A DNA stretch of 64,000 bases from Fervidobacterium sp. UBA5837 (GCA_002432805.1 DJGV01000001.1:100218-164217); one strand, 5' to 3'. Counted from the stretch's first letter, positions 28,075 to 38,597 are shown. Numbers and translations: made by a program. The notes: generated by a model not told the origin, from the sequence alone.

Positions 28075-28764
28075 TTATTCCACAAAAAGTCTAACATCAT
28101 TTGTTATAACATAATCCACAAATTCTTTGACATCTTCTACATCGCTTTTGGAATCAACAGTCCACAATGCTATTTTAATTCCCATTTTGTGCAATTCATT
28201 CAACATCATTTGGAACAACTTCTCATCGTATCTTCTTAACTTTATTGGAACGTGCGCGCTGAACGTGTTTTCTTTGAAAAGGGAAAAGAATTCGTCTATA
28301 GTCATCTTGAGTGCAGTTTCATCAAAAAGATAACCAAACTTCAAGTTGGGATATTTATGCTTGAGTTCATTTATCATCTCATGGTTGAACGAACTATAGA
28401 TGATCTCACCTTCATACATTTTTTGCGACATTTCTACTGAAATTTCACCGGCTCCTGCCTCCTTGATCTCCAAATTCAAACATTTTCCTCCTGGAATCTG
28501 ATGAAGTAATTCTGATAAAGTTGGAATCGTTTCCTCACCTATTCGATAACCTCTTAACTCTGGGAAGGTAAGGTCTCCTATCTTAGCATCTACTCCAAGA
28601 AGCCTTTCTAGATTATCATCGTGAATAAGGACAGGTACACCATCTTTCGTCAATCTTACATCTGTCTCAATCCCATCGGCTCCATGCTCGAATGCTTCTA
28701 AAAATGACCGCAACGTATTTTCAGGGCACAAAACTGGAATTCCTCTATGACCAAGTATTATCAT
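28075..28764 (-). CDS. Glycerophosphodiester phosphodiesterase
   Basis: ILGHRGIPVLCPENTLRSF, GADGIETDVRLTKDGVPVLIHDDNL. Confidence 0.9.
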   Translation of the reverse strand: MIILGHRGIPVLCPENTLRSFLEAFEHGADGIETDVRLTKDGVPVLIHDDNLERLLGVDAKIGDLTFPELRGYRIGEETIPTLSELLHQIPGGKCLNLEIKEAGAGEISVEMSQKMYEGEIIYSSFNHEMINELKHKYPNLKFGYLFDETALKMTIDEFFSLFKENTFSAHVPIKLRRYDEKLFQMMLNELHKMGIKIALWTVDSKSDVEDVKEFVDYVITNDVRLFVE

Positions 28765-28850
28765 ACCTTTCCTCCTAATCCTCTTACCATCGTCTAAGTT
28801 TGAGTATGAACCATATTTTCCCGTACTAACAATTATATCAGAAAATCAAG

Positions 28851-28890
28851 AAAAACAAAAGTTGGAGTAAATCTATCACTCCAACTTTTC
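28851..28890 (-). terminator. Rho-independent terminator downstream of acpP
   Basis: agttggagt (9-nt loop) actccaact, with T-runs on the minus strand (ttttgtttttc). Confidence 0.7.
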
Positions 28891-28942
28891 TACAACTATA
28901 TTCGGTTTGATCTCCTTTTGATTCAATTAAACACACTATGCC

Positions 28943-29167
28943 TCATGATCTCTGCTTTATAGCCTCTACAACATCTTTAACCGTCTTGATCTTTGATAAA
29001 TCCTGATCACTGATTTTGACACCAAACTGATCTTCGAATGCCATGACAAGATCAACCATATCTAATGAATCTGCTCCAAGGTCATCCATCAAGTTCTTTT
29101 CTAACGATACCTCACCAACATCAATTCCAAGTTGCTCTGCTATGATTTGAAACACTTTTTCTTCCAT
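28943..29167 (-). CDS. acpP: Acyl carrier protein
   Basis: [14 protein letters not shown]...[20 protein letters not shown] (DSL phosphopantetheine site). ATG at 29167 after AAAGGGG. Confidence 0.93.
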   Translation of the reverse strand: MEEKVFQIIAEQLGIDVGEVSLEKNLMDDLGADSLDMVDLVMAFEDQFGVKISDQDLSKIKTVKDVVEAIKQRS

Positions 29168-29328
29168 ACTTCTTACCCCTTTCTCTTCTAATATATTTTC
29201 TTCCGCATTGGGATATAATAAACCCACCTAATTCAATCGAAAGTTAATATACCATAATATTTGTTTGTTGTCAATAAGTAAGTTATTGTATATTTATATA
29301 TGTTTGTCTATATATATAAAACTTTATA

Positions 29329-29357
29329 TTGACTAATTATGTTGATGATGATATAAT
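29329..29357 (+). promoter_or_regulatory. Consensus sigma-A-type promoter TTGACT-N17-TATAAT for the degV-fab operon
   Basis: ttgact at 29329-29334, 17-nt spacer, tataat at 29352-29357. GGAGGTGA at 29367 and GTG at 29380 follow. Confidence 0.65.
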
Positions 29358-29379
29358 TTTGCGTATGGAGGTGACGATT

Positions 29380-30231
29380 GTGTACACGTTTATCACAGAT
29401 TCAGGATACGATTTACCAGAAATGGTTTTACCTTATGAACTAAAAGTTTTACCATTGCGAGTTTTTGCAGGCGATAAAGAGTTCGAGGACAAGATAAACA
29501 TACAAGCCGATCAAGTATATCAATACCAACTATCTGGACAATTGCCCACAACATCGTTACCAAAGCCAGATTTTGTTGAAAGGACAATATTAGAAGCGTC
29601 AGAGAAAAGTGACCATGTCTATGTTCTTCTGATATCTGCTAAACTAAGCAATACGTACGATGTTGTCAAAAACGTTGTGGAGAATATGAAAGTAAAGAAT
29701 GTAACTGTACTTGATACGAGATCTGTTTGTGTCAAACAAGGCTATGTAATACTGAGAGCAATGGAGAAGGTTATGAAGACTGGTACATTAACCCAAGAAG
29801 ATGTAAACAAATTCAGCAATGAGAGTACGTTGATTTTCTTGGTTCCAACACTCGAATATCTTTACAAGGGCGGAAGAATAGGAAAGGCTCAGGCTTTGTT
29901 TGGTAAGATGCTGAACATAAAGCCCATTTTAACTATTGATAAAGAAGGCGAAGTAAACTCTTTGGCAACTGTTAGAACGATAGAAAGCGGTATCAACCAT
30001 ATAAAAGAAGCAGCAAAAAAATTCTTGGAAAAGATAGGATTTGAGGAGAACTATAGCGTTATTGGCGTATTTACAACTCAAAAGATGAGAGAGAAGCTTG
30101 AAAAGATTTTGGATGGCAATTTCAAGAACAGGTTCTTAGGAGCCGCGACTATTGGTTCAGCAATTGCAGTTCACGTTGGGCCGGAAGCTTTTGGTATTGT
30201 TGTCGGGAAGAGTATAAATTTCGAAGCATAG
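29380..30231 (+). CDS. DegV-family fatty-acid-binding protein
   Basis: Starts VYTFITDSGYDLP. Motifs YKGGRIGKAQALFGKMLNIKPIL and VHVGPEAFG. The start is set by the RBS; the ORF-track TTG at 29329 lies in the -35 box. Confidence 0.85.
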   Translation: MYTFITDSGYDLPEMVLPYELKVLPLRVFAGDKEFEDKINIQADQVYQYQLSGQLPTTSLPKPDFVERTILEASEKSDHVYVLLISAKLSNTYDVVKNVVENMKVKNVTVLDTRSVCVKQGYVILRAMEKVMKTGTLTQEDVNKFSNESTLIFLVPTLEYLYKGGRIGKAQALFGKMLNIKPILTIDKEGEVNSLATVRTIESGINHIKEAAKKFLEKIGFEENYSVIGVFTTQKMREKLEKILDGNFKNRFLGAATIGSAIAVHVGPEAFGIVVGKSINFEA

Positions 30232-30250
30232 GGAAAAGGAGTGGGTAACT

Positions 30251-31483
30251 TTGAGACGAGTTGTTATAACTGGAATGGGCACGATTAATCCTATAGCAAA
30301 GAATCTGGAAGAATTTGAAACAAACTTGAAGGAAATGAAGATTGGAATCGATGCAATTACAAGTTTCGATGCTTCGGATTTACCTGTAAGAATAGCAGCA
30401 GAAGTGAGAGATTTCAAACCTGAGGATTATATGGATAGAAAATTGGCAAAAAGGCTTGATAAGTACTCGCAGTTTGCCTTGGCTGCAGCAAAGCAAGCAG
30501 CGGAAATGAGTGGTATCGATTTAGAGAAGTACTCTGAACGAACTGGTGTACTCATGTCCTCAGGAATGGGTGGATTCATAACATTAGCTGAGCAAAATGA
30601 TGTACTTAGGGAAAGAGGACCAGAAAGGGTAAGCCCATTTCTCATTCCTATGATATTGATAAACATGGCAAGTGGTGTTATCGCGATCGAGATGGGTTTA
30701 AAAGGGCCGAATTTTGCACCAGTTAGTGCTTGTGCAACTTCCGTACACTCCATTGCCCTAGGTGCTATGCTTATTAGGCATGGTTATGCAGATGTTGTGA
30801 TTGCAGGAGGTTCTGAGGCAACTATAGCCCCCCTTCCCATCGCAGGCTTTGCCTCCATGAGAGCACTTTCGACAAGGAATGAGGATCCAAGCCGTGCATC
30901 CAGACCATTTGATAAGTCAAGAGATGGTTTTGTCATGGGAGAAGGTGCTGGTGCATTGATACTTGAGGCTGAGGAAGTTGCAAAGACAAGGGGTGCAAGA
31001 ATCATCGCTGAAATCAAAGGGTTTGCAATGAACGATGATGCATACCACTTCAGTGCACCTAATCCAGAAGCAAAAGGTTCAACTGCTGCAATGAAAATGG
31101 CATTAGAAGATGCAAATATCTCAGCTGATCAAATAGATTTTGTAAGCTGTCATGCAACTAGCACGCCCGCAGGCGATGAAGTTGAACTGAAGGCGATAGA
31201 AAACGTCTTTGGCGATAGAGTAAGCGATTTATACGTCAATTCCACGAAAGCGTTGACGGGACATTTACTTGGTGCTGCAGGGGTTATGGAGACGATAGGT
31301 GCAATAATACAAATGAACTCGGGGTTTATTCATGGAATGCCGAATTTGGAAGAGCTAGATGGGCCTGAGTATTTCAATATACCAAGAGAGACGGTAAGTG
31401 CAAATATTAGAAACTTTATAAAGAATTCATTTGGTTTTGGAGGGCACAACGCTTCGATAGTTGTGGGGCGATATGATGGATAA
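30251..31483 (+). CDS. fabF: 3-oxoacyl-ACP synthase II
   Basis: RVVITGMG, active-site SACATS, HATSTPAGD, GHLLGAAG, FGFGGHNASIV. Confidence 0.95.
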   Translation: MRRVVITGMGTINPIAKNLEEFETNLKEMKIGIDAITSFDASDLPVRIAAEVRDFKPEDYMDRKLAKRLDKYSQFALAAAKQAAEMSGIDLEKYSERTGVLMSSGMGGFITLAEQNDVLRERGPERVSPFLIPMILINMASGVIAIEMGLKGPNFAPVSACATSVHSIALGAMLIRHGYADVVIAGGSEATIAPLPIAGFASMRALSTRNEDPSRASRPFDKSRDGFVMGEGAGALILEAEEVAKTRGARIIAEIKGFAMNDDAYHFSAPNPEAKGSTAAMKMALEDANISADQIDFVSCHATSTPAGDEVELKAIENVFGDRVSDLYVNSTKALTGHLLGAAGVMETIGAIIQMNSGFIHGMPNLEELDGPEYFNIPRETVSANIRNFIKNSFGFGGHNASIVVGRYDG

Positions 31484-31901
31484 GGAAGAGATCAAGAAAA
31501 TTCTCCCACATCGTGAACCGATCCTGTTAGTTGATGAGGTAATTGAAAAAGGTGAGAACTACATAGTTGCCAAAAAACATGTCTCACTCGAAGAACCTGT
31601 TTTGAAGGGGCATTTTCCGGGATATCCGATCTATCCTGGTGTGTATATATTGGAAGGATTGGCTCAAAGTGCAGGGGTATTGTTACTTGGGAATTTAGGT
31701 GATAAGTCTATTCCGTTATTTCTTGGTATAGATGAAGCAAGATTCAAGAAAGAAGTTAAGCCTGAGTGCGACCTCTTCTATGAAGTTAAAGTTTTGGAAC
31801 AAAGAGCAGGTATAGTAATCGTTGAAGGTAAGGCAAAGGTTAACGGACAGATTGTGGCGAAGGCAAAGTTAATGCTCGGCACCAAGTCACAAAATGAGTG
31901 A
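31473..31901 (+). CDS. fabZ: 3-hydroxyacyl-ACP dehydratase
   Basis: ILPHREPILLVD, GHFPGYPIYPGVYILEGLAQ. Confidence 0.93.
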   Translation: MMDKEEIKKILPHREPILLVDEVIEKGENYIVAKKHVSLEEPVLKGHFPGYPIYPGVYILEGLAQSAGVLLLGNLGDKSIPLFLGIDEARFKKEVKPECDLFYEVKVLEQRAGIVIVEGKAKVNGQIVAKAKLMLGTKSQNE

Positions 31902-31937
31902 TCAAAAGGTAATTGGAATTCTTGGAGAGGTGATAAA

Positions 31938-32891
31938 ATGAGGAATTCATCGAAGAACAGAATTTGTGACTTACTTAATATTCAGTATCCCATTTTGATG
32001 GGTGGTATGTCTTGGGCAGGCACACCAAAACTTGCAGCAGCCGTATCAAATGCAGGTGGGTTAGGTATCATAGGTGCTGGAGCTATGAGAGCAGAGCACT
32101 TAAAGGCCGCAATAGACCAGATACGAGCGCTTACCGATAAACCTTTCGGGGTGAATGTAATACTCGTATCACCTAGCGCAGATGAGTTAGTAGACTTAGT
32201 TATACAAGAGCATGTTCCTGTTGTTACTTTTGGTGCTGGTAACCCATCCAAATACATCGAAAGATTAAAAGAAGCGGACATAAAGGTGATTCCAGTTGTT
32301 GCGTCAGACAACATGGCAAGGATGATGGAAAGAATAGGTGCAGATGCAGTAATCGCCGAAGGTATGGAATCAGGTGGACACATAGGCGAGGTAACGACAC
32401 TGGTACTTGTGAACGCAGTATGCAGAGCAGTCAGCATTCCAGTTGTAGCTGCAGGTGGCATTGCTGATGGAAAGGCAATGGCCGCTATGTTTGCACTCGG
32501 TGCAGAGGGAATACAGATGGGGACACGCTTCATCGCGACTAAAGAAGCAGACACACACCAAAATTTTAAGAATTTAATAGTAAAGTCAAACATAAGGGAC
32601 ACGGTTGTGACTGGTGCGACCCTTGGTCATCCTGCAAGGGTTATAGAAACCAGATTTGCAAAGAAAGTTAAAGAACTTGAAGTGAAAAGTCTTCAAGAAG
32701 CGGAAGAAATACTCGTTGGTAGCTTAAGGAAAGCAGTAGTCGATGGTAATATTGAAGAAGGCTCCTTCATGGCTGGTCAGTGTGTGGGACTAATCGATGA
32801 AATAAAATCGGTCGAGGACGTTATTAAGGACATAATCAATGAATTTCACAGTGCAGTTGCAAACGTCATTCAAGAAGCTAACAAACTATGA
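31938..32891 (+). CDS. fabK: Enoyl-ACP reductase II (FMN-dependent, nitronate monooxygenase fold)
   Basis: YPILMGGMSWAGTPKLAAAVSNAGGLGIIG, ESGGHIG, AAGGIADG. Lies in a fab operon. Confidence 0.85.
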   Translation: MRNSSKNRICDLLNIQYPILMGGMSWAGTPKLAAAVSNAGGLGIIGAGAMRAEHLKAAIDQIRALTDKPFGVNVILVSPSADELVDLVIQEHVPVVTFGAGNPSKYIERLKEADIKVIPVVASDNMARMMERIGADAVIAEGMESGGHIGEVTTLVLVNAVCRAVSIPVVAAGGIADGKAMAAMFALGAEGIQMGTRFIATKEADTHQNFKNLIVKSNIRDTVVTGATLGHPARVIETRFAKKVKELEVKSLQEAEEILVGSLRKAVVDGNIEEGSFMAGQCVGLIDEIKSVEDVIKDIINEFHSAVANVIQEANKL

Positions 32892-32936
32892 TCAATATGA
32901 TCAATACGATCAATTAGAATGTCTGGAGGTGAAGAT

Positions 32937-33836
32937 ATGAGAGCAGTAGTATTTCCTGGTCAAGGATCACAATACAGCGGTATGGCAAGTGAATTTTCAA
33001 ACTATGCATCTTGGGAGTATTATGCTAAACTTGCAAATGAGACATTGGGGTTTGATATAGTTGAGATAATGGAGGGAAATGAAGAAATATTGACACTTAC
33101 TGAAAATGCACAACCTGCAATATATTTGGCAAGTTACGTTGCATTTGCAGAATTATTGGCTAATGGTATAGAACCGGATTATGTTGCGGGGCACAGTTTG
33201 GGAGAATATGTTGCACTTGCAGCAGCAGGAGTATACGACTTTGAGACAGGTGTTTACCTTGTTAGAAAACGTGGGGAATACATATCCCAAGCTATTGAAC
33301 CAGGTATGGGCAGCATGGCAGCTGTAATCGGATTGCCTACGGAAATAGTAGAGGAACTTGTAAAAAACTATAAAGACCTTTACGTTGCAAATTACAACTC
33401 TGCTGAACAATTGGTAGTAAGTGGTAGAACTGAGAGTATCAAGGCATTCATTGCCGATGGGAAAGAAAAAGGATACAGGATAATGGAGCTCAAAGTCTCA
33501 GGCCCATTCCATACGCCTTTGCTTGATAGTGCGAGAGAAAAAATGGCAAATGAGCTGGAACATATAAACTTCAGTTCACCAAGAATGCCTATAGTTATGA
33601 ACAGTATCGGAAGAGAGATTACTGATCCGGAACAGATAAAGCATTATTTACTTGAGCAAACTTCTGGTCCTGTTTACTGGAAGCAATCTATCGAGAGAAT
33701 GATTCTTTTAGGCGTTACGGAGTTTATAGAAGCTGGTCCGAAGAATGTACAAACCTCTCTCTTGAAAAAGGCAAAATTGGATGCAAAACACTTTAGTACG
33801 GTTGTATCGAAAGGGGTTTTGGATGAAAGAACATGA
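32937..33836 (+). CDS. fabD: Malonyl-CoA:ACP transacylase
   Basis: VFPGQGSQ, GHSLGEY, SGPFHTPLL. Confidence 0.93.
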   Translation: MRAVVFPGQGSQYSGMASEFSNYASWEYYAKLANETLGFDIVEIMEGNEEILTLTENAQPAIYLASYVAFAELLANGIEPDYVAGHSLGEYVALAAAGVYDFETGVYLVRKRGEYISQAIEPGMGSMAAVIGLPTEIVEELVKNYKDLYVANYNSAEQLVVSGRTESIKAFIADGKEKGYRIMELKVSGPFHTPLLDSAREKMANELEHINFSSPRMPIVMNSIGREITDPEQIKHYLLEQTSGPVYWKQSIERMILLGVTEFIEAGPKNVQTSLLKKAKLDAKHFSTVVSKGVLDERT

Positions 33837-34362
33837 ACCAAAGAAAAACGGAGATAAGGCCTTAAGTGTTGTGATGATACCGCTTTTTGCGGCGTTAACT
33901 GCCGTTGGTTCACAACTTTCAATTCCGTTTGGAACGGTTCCAGTAACTCTACAAATGTTCTTTGTATTCTTGGCAGGTTACATGCTAAAACCCCTTGATG
34001 CTTTTATATCGATGTTTTTGTACTTGGTACTTGGTGCAATAGGTATTCCTGTATTTGCAAATTTCTCTGCGGGATTTACGCATCTCGTGGGTCCAACTTC
34101 AGGTTATCTATGGGCATTTCCGTTGGCTGCGTATATAATATCAGCTCTGAAAAAGAGAAATCTCTTTGTTGTTGGCCTAACAGGTCTTTCAATTGTCTAT
34201 TTGCTTGGTTGGCTTATCTTGGGAATAAGTATTCACACTTTTCAAAAGGCCTTTGTCGTAGGTGTTCTACCATTTATAGCATTTGATGTTGGAAAATTAT
34301 TTGTTGCGATCTATGCATACAAGAAGATGTATAAATTGTTGGATCGCTGGGAGGAAGCCTAA
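33823..34362 (+). CDS. bioY: Biotin transporter substrate-binding component BioY
   Basis: LTAVGSQLSIPFGTVPVTLQMFFVFLAGYMLKP, GPTSGYLWAFPLAAY. Overlaps the fabD stop by 14 nt. Confidence 0.88.
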   Translation: MKEHEPKKNGDKALSVVMIPLFAALTAVGSQLSIPFGTVPVTLQMFFVFLAGYMLKPLDAFISMFLYLVLGAIGIPVFANFSAGFTHLVGPTSGYLWAFPLAAYIISALKKRNLFVVGLTGLSIVYLLGWLILGISIHTFQKAFVVGVLPFIAFDVGKLFVAIYAYKKMYKLLDRWEEA

Positions 34363-34363
34363 T

Positions 34364-35074
34364 ATGGAAGGAAAATTGAATGGAAAAGTTGCGATTGTTA
34401 CGGGTGCTTCTGGTGGCATAGGAAAATGCATTGTAAAGGAGCTCTTAAACGAGAGATGTACAGTTGTTGGTTTCAATTACGTGCAAGACATCGAACTCAC
34501 TGGATACACTGAGTATATTGTGGATATAACAAATAGGGAACAAGTGCAAAGGAGTGTAAAAGAAGTTCTTGATAGATTTGGAAGGATAGACATACTTATA
34601 AACAATGCGGGAATTACAAAAGATAATTTAGTGTACAGAATGAGTTATGAAGATTGGGATAGTGTTATTGCAACGAATTTGACAGGTGCATTTAATATGG
34701 TGAAAGCATGTATTCGAGAAATTGCAAAAGCTGAAGGTGTCATAATCAATTTGTCTTCCATCGTTGGACTTGAGGGAAACATGGGCCAAGCAAATTACTC
34801 TGCTTCCAAAGCGGGATTAGTTGGATTAACGAAATCGTTGGCAAAAGAGTTCGGTAGAAAGAACGTTAGAGTTAACGCGATAGCTCCAGGATTCATAGAA
34901 ACTCCAATGACAGAAAAATTGTCAGAAGAAATGAAGAAAGCAACGATTGAAAGAATTGCATTACGTAGATTCGGAAAACCTGAAGAAGTTGCCAAACTCG
35001 TCAAATATCTCGTCGTAGATGGTACCTACATAACTGGTCAAGTTATCATAATAGATGGCGGATTAGGCGTTTAA
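34364..35074 (+). CDS. fabG: 3-oxoacyl-ACP reductase
   Basis: KVAIVTGASGGIG, NNAGI, YSASKAG, GQVIIIDGG. ATG after GGGAGGAAG. Confidence 0.92.
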   Translation: MEGKLNGKVAIVTGASGGIGKCIVKELLNERCTVVGFNYVQDIELTGYTEYIVDITNREQVQRSVKEVLDRFGRIDILINNAGITKDNLVYRMSYEDWDSVIATNLTGAFNMVKACIREIAKAEGVIINLSSIVGLEGNMGQANYSASKAGLVGLTKSLAKEFGRKNVRVNAIAPGFIETPMTEKLSEEMKKATIERIALRRFGKPEEVAKLVKYLVVDGTYITGQVIIIDGGLGV

Positions 35075-35158
35075 TTAATTATTTGTGGCTCGTTGTACTA
35101 AGCTGGTAAATGTATGATATCTTTTCAATAATTCTATAGAATACAAGATATATTCCTG

Positions 35159-35186
35159 ATTGCGGTGATTATTACCGCAATTTTTC
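35159..35186 (+). terminator. Rho-independent terminator after fabG
   Basis: attgcggt (loop gattatt) accgcaat followed by ttttt. Confidence 0.75.
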
Positions 35187-35369
35187 ATTCCTTTGTACTT
35201 GATCTACTCAAAGTACTCAATCAAAACCTGGCCATCATTGTACAGTAAATTAACAAAAAAGAAAAAAACAATTTATCACATCATGTATACGAGAGCATAG
35301 AAAGGTATGGTAAAATTATAAGGTAAATAAGACTAATTTCCCAAAAATTTCTATCATGGAGGTGTGAAA

Positions 35370-38012
35370 ATGAGTAGAAAGTGGGTTTATTTCTTTGCCA
35401 ACGGTAAAGCAGAAGGAACAGCCCAGATGAAAGATCTTCTCGGTGGTAAGGGTGCAAACCTTGCCGAGATGACAAACATAGGAGTTCCAGTTCCGCCTGG
35501 TTTTACTATTTCAACTGAGGTATGTAAGTATTATTACGATAACAACAGGTCATATCCTGCTGATCTTAAAGAACAAGTTGAGTCATTGATCAAGGAATTG
35601 GAAAAGGTAACTGGTAAAGGCTTCGGGGATCCCAAAAATCCATTGCTTGTTTCAGTTAGGTCAGGAGCAGCAATTTCCATGCCTGGTATGATGGATACAA
35701 TTCTCAACCTTGGCCTAAATGATGAAACCGTCAAAGGACTAGTTAAACTTACAAATAACGAAAGATTTGCTTACGATGCTTACAGAAGGTTCTTACAGAT
35801 GTTTGGAGATACGGCACTTGGTATCCCACATAGCGATTTTGAAAACGCACTCTCCGAAATGAAGGCGAAAAAGGGCGTAAAACTTGATACAGAATTGGAC
35901 GCGGATGATCTGAAAAAACTCGTCGACATTTACAAAGGGATCTACGAGAAGTATGGAAAAGAATTTCCGCAAGATGTTTACAAACAACTTTGGGGTGCAA
36001 TAGAAGCAGTTATTTGGTCTTGGATGAGTGAGAGAGCTATAAAGTATAGAGAAATCAATGGTATCAAAGAAGGCCAACTTCTTGGTACTGCAGTTAGCGT
36101 AGTTACAATGGTTTTCGGTAACATGGGAGACGACAGCGGCACGGGAGTTTGTTTCACAAGAGATCCAAACACTGGTGAGAAGGTACATTACGGTGAATTT
36201 CTACCAAACGCGCAAGGTGAGGATGTTGTTGCTGGTATAAGAACTCCGTACCCTCTTGAAAAGATGAAAGACATGTTACCCAGTGCATACGATGAACTCA
36301 TCAATATAATGGATAGGCTTGAAGCATACTTCAAAGATATGCAAGATATAGAATTTACTGTTGAAAGAGGTACTCTCTACATTCTCCAGACAAGAAATGC
36401 AAAGAGAACAAGCCAAGCAGCGATAAGAATAGCAGTTGATATGGTAGCTGAAGGCTTAATAGACAAGAAAACAGCAGTTCTTAGGGTACAACCATCGGAT
36501 ATCGAAAGAGTCCTACATCCGAAATTCGACGATAAAGAAAGAAAGAATGCAAAAGTCATAGCAAAGGGTTTACCTGCAGCACCTGGTGCAGCAACTGGCA
36601 AGGTATATTTTGAGGCTCACAAAGCAGAAAAAATGGTTGAAGCAGGAGAAAAAGTTCTGCTCGTTAGACCTGAAACAAGTCCTGAAGACGTTGGTGGTAT
36701 GAATGCTGCAGAAGGTATACTTACCGCACGGGGTGGTATGACATCGCACGCAGCAGTTGTTGCAAGAGGACTTGGAAAACCTGCAGTAGTCGGAGCAGAA
36801 GGTATATTTGTCAGTGAGGAAGAAGGATATTTAAAGGCAGGAGATGTTGTAGTAAGAGAAGGTGAATGGCTGTCGATAGATGGTACAACTGGTGAAGTAT
36901 TCCTTGGAAAGATCACGGCAGTAAAGCCAACGGGTCTCGAAGGGCCTGTCGCAGAACTTCTCAAATGGGCAGATGAATTTAGGAAACTTGGCGTTAGAGC
37001 AAATGCGGATGTTCCAAGAGATGCAAAGGTAGCAAGAGAATTTGGGGCAGAAGGTATAGGACTTTGCAGAACGGAACACATGTTCTTTGAAGCAGATAGG
37101 ATTCCAAAAGTGAGAAGAATGATTGTAGCAAGGAATAAGGAGGAAAGAGAAGCTGCACTCGAAGAACTTCTCCCGCTACAGAAAGAAGATTTCAAGGGTC
37201 TATTCAGAGAAATGAAGGGTTATCCTGTTACAATAAGACTCATAGACCCACCACTTCATGAATTCCTGCCAAACGATGAAGAACAGATGACAGAAGTAAC
37301 TAAACAAACAGGCGCAACGATAGAAGAACTTAAGAACGTTGTAGCTCAACTGCATGAACTCAACCCAATGCTCGGCCACAGGGGTGTCAGACTTGTTGTT
37401 ACGTATCCTGAAATTGCAGTTATGCAGACCAAAGCAATAATACTGGCGGCTATAGAACTCAAATCTGAAGGGATCAATGTGATGCCAGAAATAATGATAC
37501 CGCTTGTTGGACATGTAAATGAATTGAAATATGTAAAGAAACTTGTCATGGAAACAGCTGATGCACTCATGAAGGAATACGGTGTGGATGTAAAGTACTA
37601 CGTTGGTACGATGATCGAAGTTCCAAGAGCAGCAGTTACAGCAGATCAAATTGCTCAAGAAGCCGATTTCTTTAGCTTTGGTACGAACGACCTCACACAA
37701 ATGACATTTGGATTCAGCCGCGATGATGTTGGCAAGTTCTTACCAGAGTACTTTGCAAAAGGTATTTTAGAGGATGACCCATTCAAACATGTTGATACGG
37801 AAGGTGTTGGTCAACTTGTCAAGATGGCAAGTGACAAAGGTAAGGCGGTCAAAGCTGATCTAAAATGCGGAGTTTGTGGTGAACATGGCGGAGACCCCGA
37901 ATCAATAATGTTCTTTGCAACGACTAAACTTGACTATGTAAGTGCATCACCATATAGAATTCCTGTCGCAAGATTAGCAGCTGCACAGGCAAGTATCAAG
38001 TACAGGAGCTAA
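35370..38012 (+). CDS. ppdK: Pyruvate, phosphate dikinase
   Basis: GGKGANLAEM, phosphohistidine motif GGMTSHAAVVARG, GLCRTEHMF, CGEHGGDP. ATG after GGAGGTG. Confidence 0.96.
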   Translation: MSRKWVYFFANGKAEGTAQMKDLLGGKGANLAEMTNIGVPVPPGFTISTEVCKYYYDNNRSYPADLKEQVESLIKELEKVTGKGFGDPKNPLLVSVRSGAAISMPGMMDTILNLGLNDETVKGLVKLTNNERFAYDAYRRFLQMFGDTALGIPHSDFENALSEMKAKKGVKLDTELDADDLKKLVDIYKGIYEKYGKEFPQDVYKQLWGAIEAVIWSWMSERAIKYREINGIKEGQLLGTAVSVVTMVFGNMGDDSGTGVCFTRDPNTGEKVHYGEFLPNAQGEDVVAGIRTPYPLEKMKDMLPSAYDELINIMDRLEAYFKDMQDIEFTVERGTLYILQTRNAKRTSQAAIRIAVDMVAEGLIDKKTAVLRVQPSDIERVLHPKFDDKERKNAKVIAKGLPAAPGAATGKVYFEAHKAEKMVEAGEKVLLVRPETSPEDVGGMNAAEGILTARGGMTSHAAVVARGLGKPAVVGAEGIFVSEEEGYLKAGDVVVREGEWLSIDGTTGEVFLGKITAVKPTGLEGPVAELLKWADEFRKLGVRANADVPRDAKVAREFGAEGIGLCRTEHMFFEADRIPKVRRMIVARNKEEREAALEELLPLQKEDFKGLFREMKGYPVTIRLIDPPLHEFLPNDEEQMTEVTKQTGATIEELKNVVAQLHELNPMLGHRGVRLVVTYPEIAVMQTKAIILAAIELKSEGINVMPEIMIPLVGHVNELKYVKKLVMETADALMKEYGVDVKYYVGTMIEVPRAAVTADQIAQEADFFSFGTNDLTQMTFGFSRDDVGKFLPEYFAKGILEDDPFKHVDTEGVGQLVKMASDKGKAVKADLKCGVCGEHGGDPESIMFFATTKLDYVSASPYRIPVARLAAAQASIKYRS

Positions 38013-38026
38013 TAATTTAATACCTT

Positions 38027-38056
38027 GGGGGCGCTTTAGCGCCCCTTATTTCTCTT
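38027..38056 (+). terminator. Rho-independent terminator after ppdK
   Basis: gggggcgc ttta gcgcccc followed by ttatttctctt. Confidence 0.8.
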
Positions 38057-38132
38057 ATTAGCAGTTTTAGACAAGTAGTAACAAAACTAAGACTACTTAA
38101 GAGTACTATTTAACACTGCGAGGTGTATTATA

Positions 38133-38597
38133 ATGGTAATTGCAATTATGAGCATAATATCTTCAATTCTTGCGTTTTTCCTTACAGGAAGTTATTGGTA
38201 CTTTACACTAATTGCTATTGGAATATACTACTCTTTACGAAAGCAGTCTAGAGTTGAGGGGATAGTATTGCTAAATTTCGTCTTAATTTCAGCAATTGGG
38301 TTACTTGGTAAGATAAGGCCGACAAGTATCGATGGTTTAAATTTTGTTGTATATGGTACTTTCGTATCCGTTATCTATGATTTATTCAAGAAATGGTATG
38401 CTTCAATTCCCATGTTTTTTCTAACGGGAATAGGAATAAGTTTGATAGGTTCTATAAAATACGGAAATATCGGAAAGCTCTTTGGGCTTATTCTTATCCC
38501 TGTTTTCCTTAGAGAGTACTCTCTTGAAAAGAAGAGAGAATTCGAGAGTCGACAAGCGCAGGAAGACAACAACAATCCTGGGGGCGAGGAGAAATGA
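38133..38597 (+). CDS. Hypothetical polytopic membrane protein, translationally coupled (ATGA overlap) to glmU
   Basis: Four or five hydrophobic segments and an acidic/basic C-terminal tail. The stop overlaps the glmU start. Confidence 0.6.
   Translation: MVIAIMSIISSILAFFLTGSYWYFTLIAIGIYYSLRKQSRVEGIVLLNFVLISAIGLLGKIRPTSIDGLNFVVYGTFVSVIYDLFKKWYASIPMFFLTGIGISLIGSIKYGNIGKLFGLILIPVFLREYSLEKKREFESRQAQEDNNNPGGEEK

Noticed and set aside
35534-37700. Many 64-192-aa ORFs on the minus strand inside ppdK (for example 36617-37195 and 37200-37700)
   Set aside because: They are antisense to a gene with unambiguous PPDK motifs along its full length. Their translations are low-complexity (S/P/A-rich or C/F/Y-rich) with no RBS. 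These are typical shadow ORFs.
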